The notes: generated by a model not told the origin, from the sequence alone. A stretch of DNA of 64,000 bases from Planctomycetota bacterium (GCA_038231435.1 JBBRLJ010000021.1:1-64000); one strand, 5' to 3'; counted from the stretch's first letter, positions 51,770 through 60,922 are shown. Made by a program: numbers and translations.

Positions 51770-51809
51770 AGACCGCCTCACCACGAACTGGTGAGGCGGT
51801 CTTTTTTTT
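51770..51809 (+). terminator. Rho-independent terminator
   Basis: AGACCGCCTCACCA-CGAAC-TGGTGAGGCGGTCT followed by a T-run. Confidence 0.88.
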
Positions 51810-51820
51810 CCATACGCGCG

Positions 51821-52033
51821 CTAACGGCGTGCCTGGATGCGCTTGAGCGTCGAGAGGATCTGCTCCAACTGCGTGATCGCCGAATCCAGGGCCTGGTCTG
51901 GATCGGGGGCCGGGGCCTGCTGGCGGACGGCGGCCTGGAGATTGTGGCTCGCGGTGTCGAGCAGCAGCCGCGTGTCTCCGAGCTCTTCGAGCGCGGCCTT
52001 GGAGAGTGGGCGTGGTTTCTTGGGAACGGTCAT
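51821..52033 (-). CDS. Small helical hypothetical protein
   Basis: 70-aa ORF with GAGG upstream, ending next to the terminator. Confidence 0.45.
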   Translation of the reverse strand: MTVPKKPRPLSKAALEELGDTRLLLDTASHNLQAAVRQQAPAPDPDQALDSAITQLEQILSTLKRIQARR

Positions 52034-52222
52034 GCGCCCTCATCGTGCGTGGTTCCTCGTCCTCGCCAACCCCGCATCGGCAATGCCCATCTGGCTTCGA
52101 TAATGCCGTTTGCAGCGATCGCCCGCCGAGCGGCGGAAGCCGCTAGGCCCGAACCGGCTCGAAACGGGGACGATGAATGCGAGAAGCGTTGGAATCGCGG
52201 ATGGTCATCACCCGGGAGCGGC

Positions 52223-52238
52223 TGGCATGGAGATTGCT
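52223..52238 (+). promoter_or_regulatory. Sigma-54 promoter of the GT4 gene
   Basis: TGGCATGGAGATTGCT, near-consensus -24/-12 element. Confidence 0.75.
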
Positions 52239-52377
52239 CATCGCGGCCACGCCAGCGACGCATCTACGTTCGAGCCGGCCTGTGCATGAGGGCGAAACGA
52301 GCGCTTGAGCGTCGAAGCAGTCTACGACACGACGTGGCCGCCTGTCCGGCCACGACACCGCATACAGGAGTGGAACG

Positions 52378-53700
52378 ATGACCGGTTTCCCGCACCCCGA
52401 TGGCGCCTCGAACACCGAAGACGAGCCGAACCGCCCGATCCGCTCGTCCCATCCGGCGCTTCCCTCCACCTCACATCCTTCTCCGCGCCGTGAGTTCACC
52501 CGCCATCTCGCCGAGTCCTTCGAGATCCAGATCCAGGGGCGTCCCGACGTGGTGTGCTTTTCGCACCTGCGCTGGGACTTCGTCTTCCAGCGTCCCCAGC
52601 ACCTGCTGACCAGGTCCGCCAAGGATCGCCACGTCTTCTACATCGAGGAACCGATCTTCGACGCGGTGGACAGCGACACCATGCAATGCGTCACTCGCGA
52701 AGGCGGGGTGATCGTCGTGACTCCGCATCTGCACCCGGGGCTGCCGGAGCGCGAAATCGCCGATCGTCAACGCAACATGGTCAATGACCTGCTGCGCGAG
52801 CGGGAGATTTCGGATTACATCCTCTGGTACTACACGCCGATGGCGATGGGCTTCACGCGGCATCTCTTCCCGCGCTTGGTGGTGTGGGATTGCATGGATG
52901 AGCTGTCGGCGTTCGCGGGTGCCCCGCCGGCGCTGCTCGAGCGCGAGAAGCAGCTGCTCGCCTGGGCCGATCTGGTGTTCACGGGCGGCCAGAGCCTCTA
53001 CGAAGCGAAGCGAGACCGCCACGACCATGTGCATGCGTTTCCCGGCTCGATCGATGGAGCGCATTTCGCCAAGGCCCGCCGCCCGCAGGGCGATTCGGCG
53101 GACCAGGCGAACATCCCGCACCCGCGCATCGGCTTCTATGGCGTCATCGACGAGCGGCTCGACATCGACCTGCTGGGCAAGATGGCCGAGCTGCGCCCGG
53201 ATTGGCACTGGGTGCTGATCGGGCCGGTGGTCAAGATCGATCCGCGATCGCTGCCGCGCGCGGCCAACATCCATTACCTCGGTAAGAAGGACTATGGGCA
53301 GCTCCCGAACTATCTCTCGGGTTGGGACGCCGCGATGCTGCCGTTCGCGCGCAACGAATCGACGCGCTTCATCAGCCCGACCAAGACTCCGGAATACCTG
53401 GCTGCCGGACGGCCGGTGGCGTCAACCTCGATCAAGGACGTGGTGCGGCCATATGCCGACGCCAACCTGGTGCGCATCGCCGACGAGCCTGCGGGCTTCA
53501 TCGCCGCTCTCGAGGCGGCTATGGCGGAAGGGGCTGATTCGCGATGGCTGTCGCGCATCGACGAATTCCTGTCCGGGAACTCGTGGGACAGGACCCATGC
53601 CGACATGCTCGCGCTGGTCGAGGCCGCCCTCGACGGGAAGACCTCGTCCGCGCAGCGCGCCGAGACCGTCGCCCTGCGCCGCCCAGGTCCGGTGACCTGA
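52378..53700 (+). CDS. Glycosyltransferase (GT4-like, type usually linked to UDP-galactopyranose mutase)
   Basis: FSHLRWDFVFQRPQHL, DCMDELSAF, GVIDERLD and ISPTKTPEYLAAG motifs. Confidence 0.9.
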   Translation: MTGFPHPDGASNTEDEPNRPIRSSHPALPSTSHPSPRREFTRHLAESFEIQIQGRPDVVCFSHLRWDFVFQRPQHLLTRSAKDRHVFYIEEPIFDAVDSDTMQCVTREGGVIVVTPHLHPGLPEREIADRQRNMVNDLLREREISDYILWYYTPMAMGFTRHLFPRLVVWDCMDELSAFAGAPPALLEREKQLLAWADLVFTGGQSLYEAKRDRHDHVHAFPGSIDGAHFAKARRPQGDSADQANIPHPRIGFYGVIDERLDIDLLGKMAELRPDWHWVLIGPVVKIDPRSLPRAANIHYLGKKDYGQLPNYLSGWDAAMLPFARNESTRFISPTKTPEYLAAGRPVASTSIKDVVRPYADANLVRIADEPAGFIAALEAAMAEGADSRWLSRIDEFLSGNSWDRTHADMLALVEAALDGKTSSAQRAETVALRRPGPVT

Positions 53701-53704
53701 GGCG

Positions 53705-53908
53705 ATGGTCGCGATCAATTCCCACTGCACGGACGAGGATCGTCCATATTCGATTATCCGATCGTCGGCCAACGGGACGCCTGACGTCCATGCCTGCGGC
53801 CGGCTGGCGACCTCCACATACGACAACATGGATCAGGTAGTGGCGCAGGCGCTAGCGCCGTCCTTCACGTTGATGGGACTGAGGAGGCCGGTCGAGATCG
53901 GCGCGTGA
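53705..53908 (+). pseudogene. glf: Degraded C-terminal fragment of UDP-galactopyranose mutase
   Basis: GRLATSTYDNMDQVVAQAL matches the UGM C-terminal GRLATYxYYNMDQVVAQAL motif; the rest of the gene is absent. Confidence 0.72.
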
Positions 53909-54087
53909 TCCGCTGAGGCCCCGCGGGCCGGCATCATGCGCTATCCGCTGCGCTTCCAGCCTCGGCATTGCGCGATGCAGGAATCGCCGTGCGCTCCGAG
54001 CGGCGAGGAGAAGCGCATCGAGCGGGAAGTGCCGCGAGACACGGCGGTTGAGGCCCTGTCCAGACTTCCTGGGCGCCTAGCAGCTTC

Positions 54088-54103
54088 CGGCACGGACGTT
54101 GCG
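54088..54103 (+). promoter_or_regulatory. Sigma-54 promoter of DUF1328/AI-2E genes
   Basis: CGGCACGGACGTTGCG with GG-N10-GC spacing. Confidence 0.65.
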
Positions 54104-54191
54104 ATGTCCATCGGCGCCATCGCCATCTCCGGTCCGGGGTCCGCCCTCGGACAGCCACCGAGCCCACCCCGGGCGCTGACAAGGACATCCC

Positions 54192-54359
54192 ATGCTCTAC
54201 TGGACGGCCACCTTCTTCGTCATCTCGCTGATCGCCGCGCTCTTCGGCTTCACCGGCATCGCCGCCGGCGCCGCCTCGATCGCCAAGGTGCTCTTCTTCG
54301 TCTTCATCGTGCTGTTCGTGATCTCCCTGATCGCACACGCCCTTCGCCGCGGGCCTTGA
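54192..54359 (+). CDS. DUF1328 (YtjA-like) small membrane protein; missed by the ORF track
   Basis: Translated by hand: [63 protein letters not shown]. Confidence 0.92.
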   Translation: MLYWTATFFVISLIAALFGFTGIAAGAASIAKVLFFVFIVLFVISLIAHALRRGP

Positions 54360-54482
54360 CGCCTCGCGGCCATCCGCCGTCGCCGCGCACCTCCTCGGAT
54401 GCCTCGTGGCATCCGAGGAGGTGTCCGAGGCGTCCATGGGAGTCCAAAGGAAGTCGCCCTTCTCAAGAAAGCCCGTCATAAC

Positions 54483-55751
54483 ATGGAGCAGCACTCACCC
54501 TGGTACCGTCTCCACCTCTGGCAGATCCAGTGGGTGCGGGACGGCGTGGTCGTTGCAGGGCTGATCGGCGCGGCGTATCTCGGCTACCTGCTCAGCGCCA
54601 TCACCGTCCCGTTGATCATCGGCTTGTTCCTGGCCGACATGTTCGAACCTGTGGTGCACGTTGCGATGCGCTGGCACCCATGGGTGACGCGCGCGCGCAT
54701 GGTCATCGCGAGCGCGGCGCTGGCGCTCTTGTGCCTGGCCTGCGCGATCGCGGTGACCCTGCCGCCGCTGGTCGGCCAGACCCGTCAATTGGTCCACGAC
54801 GCGCCGTCGTACCTGCAGAAGGTGGTGGCGCTGAGCGAACGCCCGATCGTACCGTCCATGGTTCGCGAGCGCATCGCCGCTCTGCGGGATGCCCTGGCGC
54901 CAAAACCCGTTTCCGCCATCGATGATATCCCCCGGGTCGCGGCGGCGGCCGACGGGCCTCCAGTCGCCGCGATCGTCGACCATGACGGCAAGAAGGCCGA
55001 TTCGATCCGGCTGCTGGCGCGCGACAGCATGACCGTCGTCAACGTGGTGGTCGGATCGATCTCGCAGATCGTCGACGTGGTGATCTTCCTGTTCCTGGTG
55101 CCGTTCTTCACCGTCTTGTTCAGCCTGAATTTCCCCAAGGTCCGCGACTATCTCCGTTCCTTGGCGCCGGAAACGCAACGCGCGCGCGTCGCCGGCATGG
55201 TCAGGCGCATGGAATTCTCGGTCGGCGGTTTCTTCCGTGGACGCATGCTCGTGTGCCTGATCCTGGCGGCGGTGTACGCGATCGGGCTGACCATATGCGG
55301 CGTCCCGTACGGGCTCCTGCTCGGCCTGCTCACCGGTCTGCTCTGCCTCATCCCGTATCTCCATTTCGTCGGCCTGCCCATCGCCCTCGCGCTGCTGGCC
55401 GCGCACCTGAACGAAGCGACCGACGCGGATGGGCTATACACGGTGGCGGTGAAGGGCGGTGTCGAGATCCTCTGGCTGCGCGTGATCCTGTTGCCGCTCG
55501 GAGTCTGGTTGTTCGCCCAGCTGCTCGACGATTACGTGCTGTCGCCGCTCATCCAGGGACACAAGACCGATCTGCATCCAGCCACCGTCGTGGTCTCGAT
55601 CCTCGGCGGTGGAATCCTGTGGGGATTCGTCGGCATCGTCATCGCGGTCCCCGCGGTGGCGTGCCTGAAGATCCTCTTCCACGAGGCCTTCCTGCCGGCG
55701 GTGCATCGCTGGTTGAAGGGCGAACGCAGTGATCCGCTGCCGCTCGGCTGA
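54483..55751 (+). CDS. AI-2E family transporter
   Basis: Multi-TM protein; FFRGRML, IPYLHFVG, QLLDDYVLSPLIQG and LHP...GGILWGFVGIVIAVP motifs. Confidence 0.87.
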   Translation: MEQHSPWYRLHLWQIQWVRDGVVVAGLIGAAYLGYLLSAITVPLIIGLFLADMFEPVVHVAMRWHPWVTRARMVIASAALALLCLACAIAVTLPPLVGQTRQLVHDAPSYLQKVVALSERPIVPSMVRERIAALRDALAPKPVSAIDDIPRVAAAADGPPVAAIVDHDGKKADSIRLLARDSMTVVNVVVGSISQIVDVVIFLFLVPFFTVLFSLNFPKVRDYLRSLAPETQRARVAGMVRRMEFSVGGFFRGRMLVCLILAAVYAIGLTICGVPYGLLLGLLTGLLCLIPYLHFVGLPIALALLAAHLNEATDADGLYTVAVKGGVEILWLRVILLPLGVWLFAQLLDDYVLSPLIQGHKTDLHPATVVVSILGGGILWGFVGIVIAVPAVACLKILFHEAFLPAVHRWLKGERSDPLPLG

Positions 55752-55758
55752 CTTTTGT

Positions 55759-55896
55759 TTCGGGGGCATTGCCCCCGGGCCCCCACGGCCTTTGTCGGCC
55801 TTCGATTTCGCCTTACGGGCGAAATCGTTTGCGTGATGGGCTTCGCCCATGGTTCACGCACGCCACGCCACGCCACGCCACGCCTCGGCGGCCGGC
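55759..55896 (+). repeat. Diverged copy of the 1-254 multi-hairpin element, with internal (CGCCA)n expansion
   Basis: Collinear with the reverse complement of 110-254: CCCCACGG.CTTTGTCGG, CGAT.TCGCC..GGCGA.ATCG, ATGGGC-T.C-GCCCAT, CCTCGGCG.CCGGC. Confidence 0.8.
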
Positions 55897-56122
55897 GGCG
55901 TTGCCGCGGTATCGAAGGGGATTCGCCCTTGAGTCACAACGGTTCGCTTTCGTGCGTGCGTACTCGATCGGGCGCGATGCTGGACGTGGACTGGATGTGC
56001 ACTGCATTGCGCAGTCGATCGATGGAGGGGTTCGGGAGTGAGAGGGATCGTTCGTCCTGCCGATCATCGCATGGTGGATTCAGCGGGCTGATGTGGATGG
56101 CGCGGGCGCATCTTGGAACGGT

Positions 56123-56138
56123 TGGCACGAGGCTGGCT
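56123..56138 (+). promoter_or_regulatory. Sigma-54 promoter of the small stress-protein cluster
   Basis: TGGCACGAGGCTGGCT with GG-N10-GC spacing. Confidence 0.65.
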
Positions 56139-56187
56139 CACTCACCATCCTGAACGTGCATCACCATAGAAAAGGAAAGGTCACATC

Positions 56188-56463
56188 ATGAGAGGCACTC
56201 GCAGTCTTCTGCTCATTCTGATTCTCGCCGCCGCGGCGGTCGTCGTCTTCGCCTACGTGCGTGGCGATCACAGCAACGGTGTCGGCGGCGACGTCAAGTC
56301 GCTCTGGCATGACACCAAGGGCGACGTCAAGGACTTCGGCAAGGATGCCAACGACAAGGGTAAGGATGTCCGCGATCGCGCCGACGGCCACAAGGGCATC
56401 GGCGACAAGATCAAGGACACCGGTCGCGACACCAGCGACAGCGTGCGCGACGCCACCAAGTGA
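56188..56463 (+). CDS. Small membrane-anchored hydrophilic protein (CsbD/LEA-like)
   Basis: Strong RBS AAAGG; TM anchor followed by G/D/K-rich imperfect ~11-mer repeats. Confidence 0.7.
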   Translation: MRGTRSLLLILILAAAAVVVFAYVRGDHSNGVGGDVKSLWHDTKGDVKDFGKDANDKGKDVRDRADGHKGIGDKIKDTGRDTSDSVRDATK

Positions 56464-56516
56464 CGGCTCGCCGAAACGCCTGAACGAATCCGACCTGCAC
56501 AACCAAGGAACATGCG

Positions 56517-56867
56517 ATGAAAGCCTTCAGTAATTCGAATATGCCAGATTCGTCCCGTTCCGGAGCCGCCGACAGCGGCCGGGATTCGATCAAGAACCTG
56601 GTGATGCAGGAAGCCGCCGCGGCCATCATGGCCGCCGGTCGCGAACTCACCGAGGTCGACAGACTGTCAGTGAAGGAATTCCTCAAGGGTCCGGCGCTGA
56701 AGGTCAGCCTCGCGCTCTCGGTGATGGGCGTGACCATGTGGATCGCGCACATGAACCAGGAGCACAAGGAGGCGCGCATCCGGCGTGCATCCGCGTCGGC
56801 GCGGCGCCAGCCGCGGCAGCGTCGGGCTCGCGGCTCCATGAACGAGCCCGCGGACCCTCAGCAGTGA
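56517..56867 (+). CDS. Hypothetical protein
   Basis: RBS AAGGA; co-oriented within the cluster. Confidence 0.5.
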   Translation: MKAFSNSNMPDSSRSGAADSGRDSIKNLVMQEAAAAIMAAGRELTEVDRLSVKEFLKGPALKVSLALSVMGVTMWIAHMNQEHKEARIRRASASARRQPRQRRARGSMNEPADPQQ

Positions 56868-56873
56868 CGCATC

Positions 56874-56906
56874 GCCGCCGGCCCACGGGCCGGCGGCACC
56901 CTTTTT
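56874..56906 (+). terminator. Hairpin with short T-tract
   Basis: GCCGCCGGCCC-AC-GGGCCGGCGGC-ACCC-TTTTT. Confidence 0.5.
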
Positions 56907-56963
56907 CGGACACGGCCCAGTAGGCCGTCAATTCCAACCAATACCTCCCCTAGGATACCCCCA

Positions 56964-57821
56964 ATGAAGAAGCATCTGATCATTGTCGCCACGGTCGCCG
57001 CTCTCGCGGGCTGCCAGTCTGGCGCGACCTCGAAGCAGACATCCGCCGCCAACCAGAGTTCCACCAGCCAGCAGGCTCAGCAGAGCCCGCGCTCGGCCCA
57101 GGATCCCGCCTCAGCCTCGGCAGAGGCTTCGGCCGCGAACGCACCCAAACCCAACATGCCGATCGGTCAGGCCGATGCGAACTCCGGGCCCGACTGGTCC
57201 AGCCAGTCCAGCGCGAGCGTCAGCGCCGGCACCCAGAGCGGCGATCTCGGTTCGGCGAATCGCGCCCCCGATATCCAGGTTGGCGACGGCAACGTCGGCG
57301 GCGCCAACGAAGCTGCCAACGACAAGGCCAACGGATCGATCGAGACGCCGGACAAGAAGAGCGACGAGCAGCGTGGCGCGATCCTCACCAACGACGGCGC
57401 GATCAAGCCGTCGGCGCCGTCTGGCAAGAATGGCGTAACCACCCAATCGGAATCGTCGGCGTCCGACGATTCCTCCCACGCCAGCACCCAGGGTGCGGCC
57501 GAGCGCGAAGCCGTGCGCGGCCTGCAGGTTCCGGACTCGCTCGATGCGGGCACCGCGAACAGTTCGGCGATCACCGATGCCTCTACGCTCGGCGAAACCG
57601 ACTCGGATCGCACTCTCTCGCAGCAGATCCGCCAAGCGGTTGTGAACGACGAGACCCTCTCGCTGGCCTCGAAGTCGGTCCAGATCCAGAGCAGCAACGG
57701 CCAGGTCATCCTCAAGGGCCAGGTCGACAGCGAGCGTGAGAAGGCCCGTATCGGCTCCACTGCGTTCCGCGAGTCCGGCGGCAAGGTCGTCATCAACCAG
57801 TTGGAAGTGTCCGGCCGCTAG
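56964..57821 (+). CDS. BON-domain lipoprotein with long low-complexity linker
   Basis: LAGC lipobox; C-terminal DRTLSQQIRQAVV...GQVILKGQVDS...VINQLEV. Confidence 0.85.
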   Translation: MKKHLIIVATVAALAGCQSGATSKQTSAANQSSTSQQAQQSPRSAQDPASASAEASAANAPKPNMPIGQADANSGPDWSSQSSASVSAGTQSGDLGSANRAPDIQVGDGNVGGANEAANDKANGSIETPDKKSDEQRGAILTNDGAIKPSAPSGKNGVTTQSESSASDDSSHASTQGAAEREAVRGLQVPDSLDAGTANSSAITDASTLGETDSDRTLSQQIRQAVVNDETLSLASKSVQIQSSNGQVILKGQVDSEREKARIGSTAFRESGGKVVINQLEVSGR

Positions 57822-57838
57822 GCCGAGCAGGGGGATTT

Positions 57839-58438
57839 ATGTCCAAGGCAGTCTTTTGCATCGCGACCAGCCAGGCCCAGGCCGAGATCATCGTCGACCA
57901 GCTGCGCGCCGCGGGCTTCTCGAGCAACGACATCTCGGTGCTGTTTCCTGACAAGCGCGGCACCCAGGATTTCGCCCATGAGCAGCACACCAAGGCGCCC
58001 GAGGGCGCTACCACCGGGGCCAGTACCGGTGGGCTGCTCGCGGGCGCGCTCGGCTGGCTGGCGGGAATCGGCGCGCTGGCGATCCCGGGCGCCGGACCGC
58101 TTATCGCCGCGGGTCCCATCATGGCGGCGCTGAGCGCCGCGGCGGTCGGCGCGGCGGTCGGCGGCATTGCCGGCGCGCTGGTCGGCATGGGCATTCCCGA
58201 ATACGAAGCCAAGCGCTACGAAGGCAAGATCCGCGAGGGCAACATCCTCATCTCAGTGCATACCGAGAGCGCCGAGGAGATCTCACGCTCCAAGCAAATA
58301 TGCGACGAAGCCGGAGCGCGCGACATCTCGTACACCCGGGAAGCCCATATCGATCGGCGCTCTGGCCCTTCAGGCAACCAGATCCGTAGGGACACCTCGT
58401 CCGCGTCTTCGCGCCGAGCGGCTTCGCCGAAGCCCTGA
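57839..58438 (+). CDS. General stress protein (17M/DUF3341-like, glycine-zipper)
   Basis: GFSSNDISVL, APEGATTGA, LAIPGAGPLIAAGP and GMGIPEYEAKRYE motifs. Confidence 0.82.
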   Translation: MSKAVFCIATSQAQAEIIVDQLRAAGFSSNDISVLFPDKRGTQDFAHEQHTKAPEGATTGASTGGLLAGALGWLAGIGALAIPGAGPLIAAGPIMAALSAAAVGAAVGGIAGALVGMGIPEYEAKRYEGKIREGNILISVHTESAEEISRSKQICDEAGARDISYTREAHIDRRSGPSGNQIRRDTSSASSRRAASPKP

Positions 58439-58507
58439 GTGTCGTCCTCATCACCGCTGAATCCATCAATGGATCCAACGTTCATCCAACAATGGAATGG
58501 AGTGTAT

Positions 58508-58627
58508 ATGACCACGATGATCAATAGCGCGACCCGACTTGCCGCCGCTGGATGGGGATTGCTGTGGCTGCTGGGCGTGCCGATCCCGGTCCTCCTGGTG
58601 CTCTTCCTGCTCCGCGGCTGCACTTGA
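58508..58627 (+). CDS. Small single-TM protein
   Basis: MTTMINSATRLAAAGWGLLWLLGVPIPVLLVLFLLRGCT; RBS GGAG. Confidence 0.65.
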   Translation: MTTMINSATRLAAAGWGLLWLLGVPIPVLLVLFLLRGCT

Positions 58628-58659
58628 ACGCGACCGCAGCGGTTGGGAATGGGAAGACA

Positions 58660-58693
58660 GGGGGCGGGCGCACAGCCCGCCCCCGCTTGTTTT
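58660..58693 (+). terminator. Probable intrinsic terminator
   Basis: GGGGGCGGGC-GCACA-GCCCGCCCCC followed by GCTTGTTTT. Confidence 0.6.
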
Positions 58694-58821
58694 CCGCGCT
58701 GGCGCGCTGAAGGTCCATGATCATGGAATTCAGCATCATGGCGAGCATTCCCCCGCGCGCTCGCCGGCCAACGCGATCGACCGCGCGATCCGTCGCGCGA
58801 TCCCTCGCGCACATAGGAGCG

Positions 58822-59187
58822 ATGATGCTGGGAAGAAAAGCGTTCGGTGCCATGGCCTTGGCGGTCCTCGCCGTGCTTGCGGCATGCGGCAGGGATTCCG
58901 GCACGCCGGCCCACCCTGATGTCCCCGGCTCGACACCAACTGCCCAGGATCAGTCCCTGACCCCCGACGACATCGCCATCACCAAGCGCATCCGCCAGTC
59001 TGTGGTCGCCGACGAACGCCTGTCCGTGGCGGCGCGCAATGTCGCGATCGTCACCGCGAACGGTCGGGTGTCGCTGCGCGGGCACGCGGCCAGCGCCAGC
59101 GAGAAAGCCGAGATCGGGGTGCGTGCCAGGGAGATCGCGGGAGTCGAGAACGTCGACAATCAGATCGAGACCCCGGCACCCCCGTGA
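58822..59187 (+). CDS. BON-domain lipoprotein
   Basis: LAAC lipobox; DIAITKRIRQ...GRVSLRG...GVENVDNQI. Confidence 0.87.
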   Translation: MMLGRKAFGAMALAVLAVLAACGRDSGTPAHPDVPGSTPTAQDQSLTPDDIAITKRIRQSVVADERLSVAARNVAIVTANGRVSLRGHAASASEKAEIGVRAREIAGVENVDNQIETPAPP

Positions 59188-59251
59188 TGTTTCGTTTCGA
59201 GGTGGTATCCGACTGAGATCCGCCGCATCGCTCGTGGCGTACGCGGGATCG

Positions 59252-60922
59252 CTAGGCGCCGGCGCCCGCATCCTTCGCGTCCCCGGCGTCCTTGCCTGGT
59301 TCCTTAGCTGCTGCGGGGCCGCCGGCGGCGAGATTGGCGCTGGAGGCGGTCATCTTCTTGCGCTTTCGCCACAGGGTCGAGGACTCGATGCCAAGGATGC
59401 GCGCGGCATCCTCGAGCGTCCTGCAGCGCGCGAGCACGCGCTGGGTGTGTTCGTGCTCGATCTCGGCGAGGGTGAAGTCCTCGCCGAGCGTGGGCGTGGG
59501 CTCGATGTTCGAACCGACGCGCAGACGCGATGAGAACGAGCCGGGTTCGAGCAGGCTACCGGGCCAGATCACGATCGCGCGCTCGATCTCGTTCGAGAGC
59601 TCGCGCAGGTTGCCAGGCCATCCGTAGTTTCGCAGCATCTCCTGCGCCGTCGGCGATAGCGCCGGTACCGAGCGTTTGGAGGTCTGGGCGAAATAGACCA
59701 GGAAGTGGCGGGCAAGACGCAGGATGTCCTCGCGGCGCTCGCGCAGTGGCGGTAGCGTCACCTCGAGCACGTTGAGGCGGAAAAGCAGATCCTCGCGGAA
59801 GTGGCCGTCTCGCACCGCGTGCTCGAGATCTCGGTTGGTGGCGGCGACCACGCGCACGTCTGCGGTGCGCGTGACCGTCTCGCCGACGCGTTCGAACTGC
59901 TTCTCTTGCAGGAACCGCAGCAGCCGCGCCTGGATGCCGGGCGACATCTCGCCGAGCTCGTCCAGGAAGAGGGTGCCACCGGCGGCGGCCTCGACCTTGC
60001 CGGGGCGGTCGTTCACCGCGCCGGTGAACGAGCCCTTGGCATGCCCGAAGAGCTCGCTGGAGAGCAGCTCCTCGGTGAGGGTCGGGCAGTTGACGGTGAC
60101 GAACGGGCCTTCGCGGCGTGCACTCTGGGTGTGTAGCGCTCGCGCGAGCATGCCCTTGCCGGTGCCGCTCTCGCCGCGCAGCAGCACCGGCGCGTTCGAG
60201 GTCGCGGCACGGGCGATGAAATCGAGCACCGACTTCATGCCTGGCGAGGCGGTGCTGAAGTCGACCTCGGGCACGTTCGGCGCCATCAGATTGCTCAGGT
60301 GGCTGACCTGGTAGGCGAGCTGCTGACGGTTGGTGAGGCGTTCGAGCACCGCGCGGATGTTCGCCGGCGTGAACGGCTTCGACAAGTAATCGACGGCGCC
60401 GCGCTGGATGGCCTCGACGGCGGTGTCGATGGTCGCATAGGCGGTGATCACCACCACCGGGAGCGCTGGCATGCGCTCGAAGACGTGCGGCAGCAAGTCG
60501 AGACCGTTCTCATCGCCGAGACGGAGATCGAGGAAGGCCATGTCGAACTGCTGCATGCGCAGGGCGGCAAGGGCGGCTTCGGCGCTTTCGACCGCGACGA
60601 CCTCGCAACCGAGGGTGCGCAGCGCCATGCTCAGCGTGGTGCGGATGTTCTTTTCGTCGTCGATCACCAGCACGCGCGTAGGCGATGCCGTTTCGACCTC
60701 GTCTGCGGCATTGGCATTGGCATTGGCCACGCGCTGGTCTCCTGGGGATTGCGCTGGCGTCTTGCGGGCCGAGGCGCGCGCCGCGTCCGCAGCCGTCGTC
60801 GCCGTAGGCATGCCCTTAGCTGGCTTCACCGGCGAAGAGGACGAAGCCTGCGAGGGAATCTTCGCCGCCGCGTTAGGCGAGGGTGCTCCGATCGGGGGCT
60901 TGCTCAACCAGCGATTACTCAT
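59252..60922 (-). CDS. Sigma-54-dependent response regulator (NtrC family, AlgB-like); start uncertain
   Basis: Receiver domain (VLVIDDE, FLDLRL), GESGTGK, ELFGHAKGSFTGA, FLDE, WPGNLREL and HTH LGIESSTLWRKRKK. Confidence 0.93.
   Translation of the reverse strand: MSNRWLSKPPIGAPSPNAAAKIPSQASSSSPVKPAKGMPTATTAADAARASARKTPAQSPGDQRVANANANAADEVETASPTRVLVIDDEKNIRTTLSMALRTLGCEVVAVESAEAALAALRMQQFDMAFLDLRLGDENGLDLLPHVFERMPALPVVVITAYATIDTAVEAIQRGAVDYLSKPFTPANIRAVLERLTNRQQLAYQVSHLSNLMAPNVPEVDFSTASPGMKSVLDFIARAATSNAPVLLRGESGTGKGMLARALHTQSARREGPFVTVNCPTLTEELLSSELFGHAKGSFTGAVNDRPGKVEAAAGGTLFLDELGEMSPGIQARLLRFLQEKQFERVGETVTRTADVRVVAATNRDLEHAVRDGHFREDLLFRLNVLEVTLPPLRERREDILRLARHFLVYFAQTSKRSVPALSPTAQEMLRNYGWPGNLRELSNEIERAIVIWPGSLLEPGSFSSRLRVGSNIEPTPTLGEDFTLAEIEHEHTQRVLARCRTLEDAARILGIESSTLWRKRKKMTASSANLAAGGPAAAKEPGKDAGDAKDAGAGA

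Noticed and set aside
51580..51809. Naming the intergenic RNA as 6S RNA or two-piece tmRNA
   Set aside because: Only short motifs (TGAGCCGAT, CCTCCACC) resemble these RNAs; length, T-arm and tag reading frame could not be supported. Kept as an unassigned candidate.
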